Assembly (NCBI GenBank): GCA_003221695.1
Contig: QHSX01000039.1
Coordinates: forward strand, 93,637-157,636
Reading direction: 5' to 3'
Origin: Candidatus Rokuibacteriota bacterium
GTDB taxonomy: Bacteria > Methylomirabilota > Methylomirabilia > Rokubacteriales > CSP1-6
DNA: 64,000 bases
Within the stretch, counting starts at the first letter, position 1, and the number at the start of each line of letters is the position of its first letter. The notes under the pieces were generated by a model. That model was not told the origin of the DNA. It did no database searches and was given only the letters and a program-made list of their open reading frames with translations. Of this stretch, positions 55,723-64,000 are shown one piece after another. A program made the translations under genes and the position numbers.

Positions 55723-56886
55723 TCAGTCCGACGCGACCAATGCGAGCACGGCGAAGGCCGTCGCCGCATCGGACATGAACATCCTCCGCCAGGGTTCGCC
55801 TTTCTCGCCACCGTGTTCGCGGTCAAAGTTGAGCGAGTATGCCCGCCACGCGGGGCGGATCCCTTGACTGACCTGAACGTCCTCCTGGTGAGCCCTGAGC
55901 CACTGGACACCCTTTCTCACCACCGGCTGATCGACCGGCACGCCCGCTTCTCTGAGCGTGTACACGATGAGCCCGGTCGCGAAGCCGTCCGCCTTCGCCA
56001 GGAGCGAGGCGTCGACCGTTCCGGGCGCCCGGGCGCGCCAGGCGGGCTTGCTCCACCTCCACGTGCCCAGCGTGTGCAGGGACCAGCCCCCATCGTCCCG
56101 CTGTCGACTCTGGATCTCCGTGATCAGCGCCTCCCGTTGCGCTGGTGTGAGCACGTCGTTCAGCCGAGTCGACGCCAGCAGCAGCCATATCCGGTTGAGA
56201 AGGCTTTGCGCGGCGTAGTGGTCCGCCAGATAGCCGCGCAGCTTGCCGAGGCCAACCGTCGCGTCGGTCGCCTGAGTCGTGGAGGACGCGGTGCCGACCG
56301 CCAGGGCCGCGAGGGTGGCGCCATAATAGGTGGCGTCAACGCTCTCGAACGGCTCGAGTCCGAAATCGAGCCAGTCCCACGCCCCGTCGGACCGTTGGAT
56401 CTCCCACAAGTGCCGGAGGGCCTTTCGTGTGGGCTCGCTGGCATCTCGACGATGGTGCTCGGCATCCGCTCTCGCGAGGATCAGGGCGTTGAGCACGGCT
56501 TCGGTACCACGAGACTCGGTCTTCTTCCGCTCGTCGGAATCGTAGTAGAGCTGATGAGCGTCGTAGGTCTCCACGCGCCTGGTGACGTCCTCGAGCACGC
56601 GCACTTCTTGCGGCGTTGGGCGGCTCACGTGCATCGCCCGCCGCAGGGCGGGCCGCGCGAGCACATACGGGAGGGTCGTGTGACAGGAGACACACGCCGC
56701 CTTACCCTGACCCGTCTGCAGCTGTTTGGCCCTGGCGAGCCAGGTGTCCATCTGCTCGTCCAGATACCTCGCGGCGCCCTCCCGATTCCAGCCGCCACGC
56801 CCGGTGGGGGACTCCTGAGGATCCACCCCGCGCGCGGTGAATCCCAAGAAGAGGGTCGCGACCACGACGGTGAGGGCCAGCCTCAT
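55723..56886 (-). CDS. Secreted prenyltransferase/squalene-oxidase-repeat (alpha/alpha toroid) protein with an N-terminal CxxCH heme-binding motif
   Basis: Signal peptide; ACVSCH; QW-like repeats (RQRDDGGWS, RSDGAWDW). Confidence 0.55.
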   Translation of the reverse strand: MRLALTVVVATLFLGFTARGVDPQESPTGRGGWNREGAARYLDEQMDTWLARAKQLQTGQGKAACVSCHTTLPYVLARPALRRAMHVSRPTPQEVRVLEDVTRRVETYDAHQLYYDSDERKKTESRGTEAVLNALILARADAEHHRRDASEPTRKALRHLWEIQRSDGAWDWLDFGLEPFESVDATYYGATLAALAVGTASSTTQATDATVGLGKLRGYLADHYAAQSLLNRIWLLLASTRLNDVLTPAQREALITEIQSRQRDDGGWSLHTLGTWRWSKPAWRARAPGTVDASLLAKADGFATGLIVYTLREAGVPVDQPVVRKGVQWLRAHQEDVQVSQGIRPAWRAYSLNFDREHGGEKGEPWRRMFMSDAATAFAVLALVASD

Positions 56887-56908
56887 CGCGCGCGGTCCCG
56901 CATGACGA

Positions 56909-58453
56909 TCACATCACGGGGCCGATGATCCACGGCGCGAACTCCTCCTCGCCGACACCGGAGAGCTCGCTCTTGCTCTTCTTGCCGGACGCCACGGCGA
57001 CGACTTCCTCGAAGATCTGCCGGCCGACGACCGGCAGCGGCGTGCCCTCGAGGATCACGCCGCAGTTGATGTCCATGTCCTCCTCCATGTGGCGGTACAC
57101 GAGGGAATTCGTCGCGAGCTTGATGGACGGCACGGGCTTGCACCCGAAGACCGAGCCGCGCCCGGTCGTGAAACAGATGATGTTGCAGCCGCCGGCGACG
57201 AGGCCGGTGATCGACACGGGATCGTGGCCCGGCGTGTCCATGAAGACGAAGCCACGGGTCGTGATGGGCTCGCCGTAGAGGAAGACGTCCATCATGGGCG
57301 TCGTCCCGCCCTTGGTCACGCCGCCGAGGGACTTCTCGAAGACCGTGGTGATGCCGCCCGCCTTGTTGCCGGGTGCGGGATTGTTGTCCATGGCCTCGAT
57401 GCCACGGCAGTACCACTCCCACCATTTGTAGCGGTCAATGAGCTTCTTGGCGACGCCCTCGTTGATCGCGCGCCGGATCAAGAGGTGCTCGGCGCCGTAG
57501 ATCTCGGGCGTCTCGGCGAGGACGCCGGTGCCGCCGTAGCGCACCAGCTCGTCCACCGCCCAGCCGAGCGCGGGGTTCGCGGTGATGCCGGAGTTGCCGT
57601 CGGACCCGCCACAATTCGTCGCGAGCACGAGCTCCGAGACCGGCTGCCTCGTTCGCCTGGCTGCGTCGGCCCGCGGCAGGAGCTTCGCGACCTCGGCGGC
57701 GGCGCGCTCGACCGTCTTCCGGATGCCGCCCGCCTCCTGGATGTTGACGATGAAGGGCTTGCGCTCGGGGTACCCGGGCGCCGCCATCCGCTGGCGCTCG
57801 ACCATCACGGCCGACTGGTTCACCTCGCAGCCGAGGCCGATCAGGATGTAGGCGGCGACGTTCGGGTGCTTGGCGTAGCCGGCGAGCACGCGCTGGAGCG
57901 CCAGGTGGTCCTCGCCGAAGAGCTTCGTCCCGCAGCCCGATTTGTGCGTGATCGCGAGCACGCCGTCCACGTTCGGGTAGTCGCGCTGGACGTCGCGAAA
58001 CTTGTCCTTGACGAACGCGCTGACGCTCGCCGAGCAGTTCACGCCGGAGATGATCGCGACGTAGTTCCGCGTCCCCACGCGCCCGTCCTCCCGCTTGAAC
58101 CCGTCGAAGGTGCGCATCGCCTCGGGCGGGTAGGGCTCGACCGGGTGCACGTCGGTGCAGAACTCGTACTCGCGCTGGAGCTCGCCGACGGAGAGGTTCT
58201 GGGTGTGGACGTGGTCGCCCGCCTCGATGTCCTGCGTGGCGAAGCCGATGACCTGGCCGTAGCGGCGCACCGGAGCGCCCGTTCTCACCCGTCGCCGTGC
58301 GACCTTGTGGCCGGGCTTGATGTCGTGCCGCACCTCGATCCGCGCGGGACCGTCCTCGAGGATCGTGCCCGTGGCGAGCTCTTTCTTCGCGATCGCAACG
58401 TCGTCTTCGGGCCTCAGCACGATGGCTCGCTCGGTCAGCGGGAATGTCGCCAT
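56909..58453 (-). CDS. Altronate/galactarate dehydratase family protein (UxaA/GarD-like, SAF domain + hydrolase domain)
   Basis: 514 aa from MATFPLTERAIVL...; conserved Cys cluster region; ATG 58453 with GGAGG Shine-Dalgarno. Confidence 0.75.
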   Translation of the reverse strand: MATFPLTERAIVLRPEDDVAIAKKELATGTILEDGPARIEVRHDIKPGHKVARRRVRTGAPVRRYGQVIGFATQDIEAGDHVHTQNLSVGELQREYEFCTDVHPVEPYPPEAMRTFDGFKREDGRVGTRNYVAIISGVNCSASVSAFVKDKFRDVQRDYPNVDGVLAITHKSGCGTKLFGEDHLALQRVLAGYAKHPNVAAYILIGLGCEVNQSAVMVERQRMAAPGYPERKPFIVNIQEAGGIRKTVERAAAEVAKLLPRADAARRTRQPVSELVLATNCGGSDGNSGITANPALGWAVDELVRYGGTGVLAETPEIYGAEHLLIRRAINEGVAKKLIDRYKWWEWYCRGIEAMDNNPAPGNKAGGITTVFEKSLGGVTKGGTTPMMDVFLYGEPITTRGFVFMDTPGHDPVSITGLVAGGCNIICFTTGRGSVFGCKPVPSIKLATNSLVYRHMEEDMDINCGVILEGTPLPVVGRQIFEEVVAVASGKKSKSELSGVGEEEFAPWIIGPVM

Positions 58454-58472
58454 GGCGTTCCTCCGGCCTCTC

Positions 58473-58485
58473 ACTATACCGGATT
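58473..58485 (-). promoter_or_regulatory. Putative -10 element/operator AATCCGGTATAGT upstream of the altronate dehydratase gene
   Basis: TATAGT hexamer 26 nt upstream of the ATG; the 13-mer is identical to the one at 59883..59895. Confidence 0.35.
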
Positions 58486-58496
58486 CGCCAGGCCCC

Positions 58497-58910
58497 TCAA
58501 GGCTCGGCTTGGAGCGGGTGATCGGTCCGGGCGCGCGCAAGCTCGCGGAAGACGTTCTCGTACCCGGGCGGCGAGAGGGTGAACGTCAGCCGAAGCTCGA
58601 CGGCTCCGACGTTCTCGATCGAATGAGAGACGTCGACCGGAACGAACACTGCGGTCTCCGGACCAACCTCGTGCGGGACGTCGCCAACCGTAATCCGCGC
58701 ACGCCCCTGGTAGACGAACAGGATCTCCTCATAGGGATGCCGATGCGTCGGCACGCGCCCGCCGGGCGGCAGGTTCTGCGCGCCCATCGTGAACGCCCTG
58801 GTTCCCGTCGTCCCGGGTTCCACGAGGATCTCGACCGGGCGACCGCCATTCTCGCCGCCTCCGAGCCAGAGCATCTCACCGTTCCCGCGCCGAATGACGT
58901 TGTTCATCAC
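58497..58910 (-). CDS. Cupin-domain protein
   Basis: 137 aa; cupin motifs G(X)5HXH-like (PTHRHPYEEILFVYQG) and ...AVFVPVDVSHSIEN. Confidence 0.7.
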   Translation of the reverse strand: MMNNVIRRGNGEMLWLGGGENGGRPVEILVEPGTTGTRAFTMGAQNLPPGGRVPTHRHPYEEILFVYQGRARITVGDVPHEVGPETAVFVPVDVSHSIENVGAVELRLTFTLSPPGYENVFRELARARTDHPLQAEP

Positions 58911-58949
58911 TCCACCTCCTCCTCGACTCGTCCCGGAGCAAAAAGATGT

Positions 58950-59399
58950 CTACCGCAGCCCAATCCCCCGAGCCATGAAGCTTGCGACGAACACGATCAC
59001 GACAACGAGGCCCATCTGCACGTGGTTGATGACGTGCAGACGGGGCGCCGCCCCGGTGTCCGGGGCCTCGCCTCGTCGAAGCGCACGCCGCCATCGAATG
59101 AAGGTCACCATCGGCCAGACTTCGAGCAGGACCACCGTCGCGAAAAGTACCATCTTCAGCCAGAACAGCGGCGAGGCGAGGTAGAAGGCGGTCCCTTTCT
59201 CGAGACCCCCGAACGCGCGCGCGAGGCCCGTCGCGAGCCAGAGCGCCGCGGCGATCCCCCAGACGGTGTCGGCGGCGAAGAGTTGCTGGAGCCCCGGGCG
59301 GTCGAGTGGGCCCCTGAGAGCGCGCCCGCGGAAGAAGACGCTCGGCAGGCCAAGCGCGAGCGCAAGGACGTGGAGAGCGGAGACGATCGCCGGGATCAT
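58950..59399 (-). CDS. DUF2214-like small membrane protein
   Basis: 149 aa; four predicted TM helices. Confidence 0.5.
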   Translation of the reverse strand: MIPAIVSALHVLALALGLPSVFFRGRALRGPLDRPGLQQLFAADTVWGIAAALWLATGLARAFGGLEKGTAFYLASPLFWLKMVLFATVVLLEVWPMVTFIRWRRALRRGEAPDTGAAPRLHVINHVQMGLVVVIVFVASFMARGIGLR

Positions 59400-59869
59400 G
59401 GTCTTGTCACGGGCCAGCTCGCGACCATCGCCCGAGTCGCCTCAAGCTGCGCCAGGTGTTCGAGGTCGTGGTCGACGAGGTAACGGGCGTAGGCCTCGAT
59501 CGTCAGCGTGCCCCGCGTCGGCGTGGTCCCGATGCGCTGCCAGTCGGCCTCGCCGAGATTCTCCAGGAACGCGACGGTCTGGCGCCGCACCTGACGGAAC
59601 GCCGCGAGATCCCCACCGAAGTCTGGGGAAGCGGGCTTGGCTGGGTCACCTGTCCGATTGGTGGCCGAGGATGGGAACCTGGGGGCCGGCTCGAGCAGCA
59701 TGCGCTTGAGCCGGGGGAAAATCACCTCCCGCTCGCCTACCAGGAGGTGATTCAGAACCTCTGCCATGGACCACTCGCCCTCCTTGGGCCGCCGCGCCAA
59801 CTGGGTCGTTGACAGACCATGGGCGAGGCGCTCTATCCGGTCGGGTGTGGTACGGAGCGTCTCCAGCAA
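59396..59869 (-). CDS. DinB/DUF664-family (DinB_2-like) protein
   Basis: TTG start; ...GEWSMAEVLNHL...YLVDHDLEHLAQL metal-binding helix-bundle pattern; only the C-terminal part of the long Arg-rich track ORF is real. Confidence 0.6.
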   Translation of the reverse strand: MLETLRTTPDRIERLAHGLSTTQLARRPKEGEWSMAEVLNHLLVGEREVIFPRLKRMLLEPAPRFPSSATNRTGDPAKPASPDFGGDLAAFRQVRRQTVAFLENLGEADWQRIGTTPTRGTLTIEAYARYLVDHDLEHLAQLEATRAMVASWPVTRP

Positions 59870-59882
59870 TGTGTGGCGTCCA

Positions 59883-59895
59883 ACTATACCGGATT
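59883..59895 (-). promoter_or_regulatory. Putative -10 element/operator AATCCGGTATAGT upstream of the DinB-like gene
   Basis: 13-mer identical to 58473..58485; TATAGT lies 13 nt before the TTG start (a near-leaderless transcript). Confidence 0.35.
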
Positions 59896-60786
59896 GGACC
59901 CCTGGATGCGCAGCACGACGGGCGGCTCGGTCTCGAGTTGAACCGTGGTGTGGTCGATGCCGAACCGTGCGTGCAGGACCGCGTGCAGCTCGCGGAGCAG
60001 CCGGTCGCTCTCGCCGACGTCCGCGACGACCACGTGGGCGCTCATCGCCTCGCGCCCCGACGTCAGCGTCCACACGTGCAGGTCGTGCACGCGCCGCACG
60101 CCGTCCACGCGGACGATCGCCGCCTCGACCTCCGCGAGGTCGAGGTGCGTCGGCGTCCCCTCGAGCAGGACGTTGACCGCCTGGAGCAGGAGCCCCCACG
60201 TGCGCGGCAGGATGATGAGCGCGATCGCGACGGACGCGAGCGGATCCGCGAGGGCCCAGCCGGTCCCGACGACGACGAGCGCGGCCACGACGACGCCGAC
60301 CGAAGAGAGGGCGTCGCCGAGGACGTGCAGGTACGCGCCCCGAACGTTGAGGCTGCTGCCCGCGTCCGCGTGGAGGAGCCAGGCGCATCCGAGGTTCGCG
60401 GCGAGCCCGACGACCGCGACGGCGAGCATCGGCCCCCCGAGCACGTCCGGGGGCGCCCGCAGGCGTCGGTAGGCCTCCACGAGAATCGCGCCGGCGACGG
60501 CGAGCAGCACGAGCGCGTTGACGAGCGCCGCCAGAATCTCGGCACGGTAGTAGCCGTAGGTCTTGGCGGGCGTCGGCGGGCGGGCCGCGACCCAGATGGC
60601 GAAGAGCGCGAGGGCGAGCGCGCCCACGTCGGTGAGCATGTGGCCCGCGTCCGCGAGGAGCGCGAGGCTTCCCGTGAAGAGCGCACCCAGCACCTCGACG
60701 ACAAGGAACGCGGCCGTGAGCCCGAGCGTCGTGAGGAGCCGACCGCGTGAGCGGGCGGCGGCCGTCGGCCGGTCCGCGTGCGCCAT
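59884..60786 (-). CDS. Cation diffusion facilitator (CzcD-like) metal efflux transporter
   Basis: 300 aa; six TM helices with HxxxD motifs (HMLTD, HVLGD) and cytoplasmic C-terminal domain. Confidence 0.85.
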   Translation of the reverse strand: MAHADRPTAAARSRGRLLTTLGLTAAFLVVEVLGALFTGSLALLADAGHMLTDVGALALALFAIWVAARPPTPAKTYGYYRAEILAALVNALVLLAVAGAILVEAYRRLRAPPDVLGGPMLAVAVVGLAANLGCAWLLHADAGSSLNVRGAYLHVLGDALSSVGVVVAALVVVGTGWALADPLASVAIALIILPRTWGLLLQAVNVLLEGTPTHLDLAEVEAAIVRVDGVRRVHDLHVWTLTSGREAMSAHVVVADVGESDRLLRELHAVLHARFGIDHTTVQLETEPPVVLRIQGSNPV

Positions 60787-60843
60787 GACGCGGATCGTAA
60801 CAGGTTCCTGCTACAATCGAGCATCCACCACGACCGTTCGCTC

Positions 60844-61647
60844 GTGCTGCACGGCCAGCAGTTTCACTTCTTGGACTGGGGAGCCCCCACGGCGCCCGCC
60901 GTGGTGCTGCTCCACGGGATCACCGGTCACGCCCGGTCCTGGGACGACGAGGCGCGCACGCTCGCCGCCGGCTACCGGGTTCTGGTCCTCGACCAGCGCG
61001 GTCACGGCGACTCGGACCCGGCCCCCGACGGCGACTACACGGTGACAACGATGGCGGGCGACCTGACGGCCTTCGTCGACACGGTCGGGCTCCCGCGCAT
61101 CTCGCTCGTCGGGCTCTCGATGGGCGGGCGCGTGGCCATCGCCTTCGCCGGCACCCACGCCCGGCGAGTGGAGCGCCTCGTGATCGTGGACATCGGCCCC
61201 GAGATCGCGCCGGCCGGCCGCCTGCGTGTCGGCTCGCTGATGGCACAGACGCCCGAGCGCTTCGACGACCTCGAGGCGGCCCTCGCGTGGGCGCGGGCGA
61301 CGAATCCCCGTTACACCGACGCGATGCTCCGCCACCGGGTCGCCCACGGAACGCGCCCGAGCCAGGGTGGCCTCGTCTGGAAGTACGATCACGCGATCCG
61401 CGACGCCGTCCGCTCGGGACAGTGGCGCGATCCCGTGGACCTCTGGCCGCTCTGGAGCGCGATCGCTTGCCCGACGCTCATCGTGCGAGGCGCCGAGTCC
61501 GACGTGCTCGCGCCGGAGACCGCCAAGCGGATGCTCACGACGAATCCCCTCGCGCGGCTCGTCGAGGTGGTGGGCGCGGGCCATACGGTGCCGGGCGACC
61601 AGCCCGCCGCGTTCCAGCAGCTGCTCACCGAATTCCTCGGCGCTTGA
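60844..61647 (+). CDS. Alpha/beta hydrolase (start may be GTG 60778)
   Basis: VVLLHGITGHARSW...GLSMGG nucleophile elbow...GAGH C-terminus. Confidence 0.75.
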   Translation: MLHGQQFHFLDWGAPTAPAVVLLHGITGHARSWDDEARTLAAGYRVLVLDQRGHGDSDPAPDGDYTVTTMAGDLTAFVDTVGLPRISLVGLSMGGRVAIAFAGTHARRVERLVIVDIGPEIAPAGRLRVGSLMAQTPERFDDLEAALAWARATNPRYTDAMLRHRVAHGTRPSQGGLVWKYDHAIRDAVRSGQWRDPVDLWPLWSAIACPTLIVRGAESDVLAPETAKRMLTTNPLARLVEVVGAGHTVPGDQPAAFQQLLTEFLGA

Positions 61648-62780
61648 CCGCGCCGCAGCGCCTCTTGTGGCTCGGCGCCTTCGCCTTCTTCCTGTCCTTC
61701 TTCCTGCTGCTCGCGGTCCTGCCCCTCTACGCCCGCGCGGTCGGCGTCGGCGACCGAGCGATCGGCGGGGTGCTGGGCGCCTTCGCCTTCGCGTCGATGC
61801 TGATGCGGCCCTGGGCGGGCTGGGCCGCCGATCGCCACGGGCGCCGCCCCCTGATGCTGGCGGGCGGGCTCGTCTTCGTCGTGGCCTCGCTCGCCTATAA
61901 CGTGACCGCCGGCGCGTTCGGGCTCCTCGCCGTGCGCGTGCTCCACGGCTGCGGCATGGGGCTCTACCCCACGGCGGCCAGCGCGGTCGTCGCCGACCTC
62001 GCCCCGCCCGACCGTCGCGGCGCCGTGATGGGGACCTTCGGCGCCGCGGCGAACATCGCGATGGCCCTGGGGCCGATCGCGGGGATCGCGATCACCGACC
62101 GGCTGGGCTTCGTCTCCGTCTTCTGGCTCGCCGGCTGCGTCGCCGCCGTCGCGGTGCTCCTGACCCGGCGCCTGCCCGAGACGGCGCGGCGCCGCGAAAA
62201 GATCCCCTTCACGCCGGGGGCGATGGTGAGTGTCGAGGCCCTCGTCCCCTCCGCGGTCCTCTTCCTGGTGATGCTGGGCTACGGTGCCCTCGTGACGTTC
62301 CTGCCGATCCACGCCCGGGATCAGGACGTGAATCCCGGGCTCTTCTTCCTCGTCTTCGCGCTCGTCGTGACCGCCGTCCGCAACTACGCCGGTCGGCTCT
62401 CGGACCGGCTCGGACGCGTCGCCGTCGCCGTCGGCGGGCTCTGGCTGGCGGCGGCTGCCCTCGCCGCCCTGGCGGTCGCGCGCGGCGCCGGGATCCTCAT
62501 GGCTGCCGGCGTCCTCTACGGCGCCGGCTTCGGCGCGCTGACGACAGCCCTGCTGGCCTGGTGCGTGGACCTGGTGGACGAGGCGAACCGGGGCCGCGCG
62601 ATGGGTACCTACTACACCGCGCTCGAGCTCGGCATCGGGCTCGGATCGCTCGGCGCCGGCTTCGCCGTGGAGGCGGTCGGCTTCGCGCCGACCTTCTTCG
62701 GTGCCGCGGCCACGACGCTCACCGGCGCGGCGCTCGCGTTGAGCCGCCGGCCAGCACGTCCCGAGGCCGCCGCCCGGTGA
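61644..62780 (+). CDS. MFS transporter
   Basis: TTG start in TTGA overlap with the hydrolase stop; 12-TM MFS pattern (DRHGRRPLM loop motif). Confidence 0.75.
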   Translation: MTAPQRLLWLGAFAFFLSFFLLLAVLPLYARAVGVGDRAIGGVLGAFAFASMLMRPWAGWAADRHGRRPLMLAGGLVFVVASLAYNVTAGAFGLLAVRVLHGCGMGLYPTAASAVVADLAPPDRRGAVMGTFGAAANIAMALGPIAGIAITDRLGFVSVFWLAGCVAAVAVLLTRRLPETARRREKIPFTPGAMVSVEALVPSAVLFLVMLGYGALVTFLPIHARDQDVNPGLFFLVFALVVTAVRNYAGRLSDRLGRVAVAVGGLWLAAAALAALAVARGAGILMAAGVLYGAGFGALTTALLAWCVDLVDEANRGRAMGTYYTALELGIGLGSLGAGFAVEAVGFAPTFFGAAATTLTGAALALSRRPARPEAAAR

Positions 62781-63522
62781 CCGGAATGCTGTAGGGGATG
62801 TCGAAGAGCCACCGTACCCACGCCTGCGAGCGCCGGCCCGCGGGCCAGGCCAGCGCGCGCTGGAGATCGGTGATCGTGAGCCGGATCCACGCCCTCCAGA
62901 CGTCGAGCTCGCCGGGCGGGACGATCCGGACGAGCCGCCAGACGAGCCGACCGCTCGGCCCGAGATCCGCCGCCACCGGCTCGTCGCCACGCGCCATCGG
63001 CGACAGGACGCGCTCGACGATCCACAGGTGCGTTCGGATGATCAGTCGACGGCGTACCTCGGGCTCGACCGCCAGCCAGCACGGCGCCATGTCGCGGTAC
63101 CAGTCGAGCAGCGTCGAGGAGATCGGCGGGGCGCCGGGCAGGCGTTCCTCGCCGCCCGCGCGCGGCGGGGACACGGCCGACGGCTCGCGGTCGACCAGGC
63201 GCGCGCCGACAATGTCGGAGAGCTGCGCGCAGCGCTCCGGGTCGCCGAGGTAGCGGCAGAGCCAGCCCGTCAAGACCGCGGCGACGTCCGCGAGTTGCCG
63301 CCACTGGAGCACGGACACATCGTCGGTGACGCCCGCCGCGCGGAGGCTCGTCACCACCGCGCGGGCGGCGCGCCGGGTCTCGTTGAACCAGCGCCCACGC
63401 TCCTCGTGGAGCGGGACGAGCGTCTGTCGGAGCAACAGCGCCAGCCCCCCGTCGGGCGCTTCGTAGATCGCCACGAGGTCGGGATGCCGCCGGCACACCG
63501 ACGCGAGCTCACCGTTCCACAT
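62719..63522 (-). CDS. Hypothetical protein (267 aa)
   Basis: ORF track only; no recognisable motifs; C-terminal 60 nt overlap the convergent MFS gene, so the exact end and start are uncertain. Confidence 0.4.
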   Translation of the reverse strand: MWNGELASVCRRHPDLVAIYEAPDGGLALLLRQTLVPLHEERGRWFNETRRAARAVVTSLRAAGVTDDVSVLQWRQLADVAAVLTGWLCRYLGDPERCAQLSDIVGARLVDREPSAVSPPRAGGEERLPGAPPISSTLLDWYRDMAPCWLAVEPEVRRRLIIRTHLWIVERVLSPMARGDEPVAADLGPSGRLVWRLVRIVPPGELDVWRAWIRLTITDLQRALAWPAGRRSQAWVRWLFDIPYSIPVTGRRPRDVLAGGSTRAPRR

Positions 63523-63526
63523 GGCC

Positions 63527-64000
63527 TCAGGACTCCACGGCGATATAGAGGTCGCCGCCGTTCCGGTGCACGAAGAAGAGGACGGGCGCGCCGGGCCTGA
63601 CGCCGGCGAGCTCCCGCTCGAGGTCGTCCACGCTCTGCACGGGCTTCTTATCGATCTCGGCGATCACGTCGCCGGGCTGGACGCCGGCGCTCGCGGCGGG
63701 ACTGCCGTCCTCCACGCCGCTCACCAGGACTCCTTGCTGCGCCGGCAGGCCGAGCTGCGCCGCGAGCTCCCGCGTCACGGTCTGCACGGCGATGCCGAGC
63801 GAAGGCCTCCCGCCGGTCTGGGCGGTTCGCTGCTCTTCCGGCTCCGCGAGCTTCACAATCATGGCCCGGAGGGTGAGCGTCTTGCCGTCGCGCACCACGG
63901 TCAGCGGGACGTCACGGCCGAGCAGCGTCTCGCCCACCAGGCGCGGCAGCTCGTCGGAGCGGGCGAGCCTCCTCCCGTCGTACTCGACGATGACGTCGCC
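63527..64000 (-). CDS. C-terminal PDZ-domain portion of an HtrA/DegP-family serine protease; gene continues beyond the window
   Basis: PDZ motifs (GVLVSGVEDGSPAASAGVQPGDVIAEIDKKPV; ...DVIVEYDGRRL...); frame is open to the window edge. Confidence 0.65.
   Translation of the reverse strand, partial: GDVIVEYDGRRLARSDELPRLVGETLLGRDVPLTVVRDGKTLTLRAMIVKLAEPEEQRTAQTGGRPSLGIAVQTVTRELAAQLGLPAQQGVLVSGVEDGSPAASAGVQPGDVIAEIDKKPVQSVDDLERELAGVRPGAPVLFFVHRNGGDLYIAVES

Noticed and set aside
62719-63522. The 267-aa hypothetical was considered as a possible siderophore-interacting/FhuF-like reductase
   Set aside because: It lacks the C-terminal Cys cluster and gives no convincing motif match. It is left as hypothetical.
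1-64000. CRISPR arrays, IS elements, integrases and phage genes
   Set aside because: No short direct repeats with spacers and no transposase, integrase or recombinase-like ORFs were seen. The window looks like core chromosome.

Overview
High-GC (~70%) bacterial chromosomal window, densely coding, with no rRNA, tRNA, CRISPR or transposase signatures. The most unusual content is selenocysteine (UGA) recoding. The ORF track splits or truncates four genes at in-frame TGA codons. These are a glutaredoxin-like selenoprotein with a T-U-G-P-C motif (8258..8500), a Sec-containing selenophosphate synthetase SelD (19303..20367), and two paralogous 'UGSC'-motif selenoproteins (35464..35994 and 39451..41040). 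Each TGA is followed 9-14 nt downstream by a stem-loop that could serve as a bacterial SECIS. The second UGSC protein is naturally fused to a ~340-aa uncharacterised domain. A free-standing paralog of that domain sits next door (38292..39329). The locus also holds an MFS transporter and a class-III cyclase/AAA ATPase. Together these look like a candidate undescribed selenium-dependent redox module. From left to right the window otherwise contains the following. First, a complete minus-strand isc operon (iscR-iscS-iscU-iscA-hscB-hscA-fdx-iscX), divergent from a glutamate dehydrogenase gene. Second, a MoxR/DUF58/vWA/TPR 'Bat-like' operon whose central gene is a 1458-aa triple-vWA fusion. Third, a cluster containing a GT4 glycosyltransferase, an orphan anti-sigma factor, selD, a LysR regulator, an FmdB zinc ribbon, an orphan Pup homolog, a PF06559-type dCTP deaminase, thrB, ccdA and tlpA. 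Fourth, an OtnK/PdxA2 pair and a peptide-type ABC importer with tandem duplicated TAT-signal binding proteins plus an amidase, but no ATPase genes. Fifth, the UGSC locus, followed by hotdog-fold thioesterase and MaoC genes, a NudC-like NUDIX and a complete Liv-type branched-chain amino-acid ABC transporter. Sixth, an endonuclease/exonuclease/phosphatase (EEP)-family gene and an alkaline-phosphatase-like gene. Seventh, a beta-oxidation-like cluster with a fused tandem acyl-CoA dehydrogenase whose second half lacks the catalytic Glu, a MaoC hydratase and a second acyl-CoA dehydrogenase. Last, ClpS, a CxxCH/prenyltransferase-repeat protein, altronate dehydratase, a cupin, DinB-like and cation-diffusion-facilitator (CDF) genes, an alpha/beta hydrolase, an MFS transporter and a partial HtrA-like PDZ C-terminus. 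Many adjacent genes are translationally coupled through ATGA/GTGA/TTGA start-stop overlaps. The many long Arg/Gly/Pro-rich ORFs in the track are antisense or out-of-frame artefacts of the high GC content.
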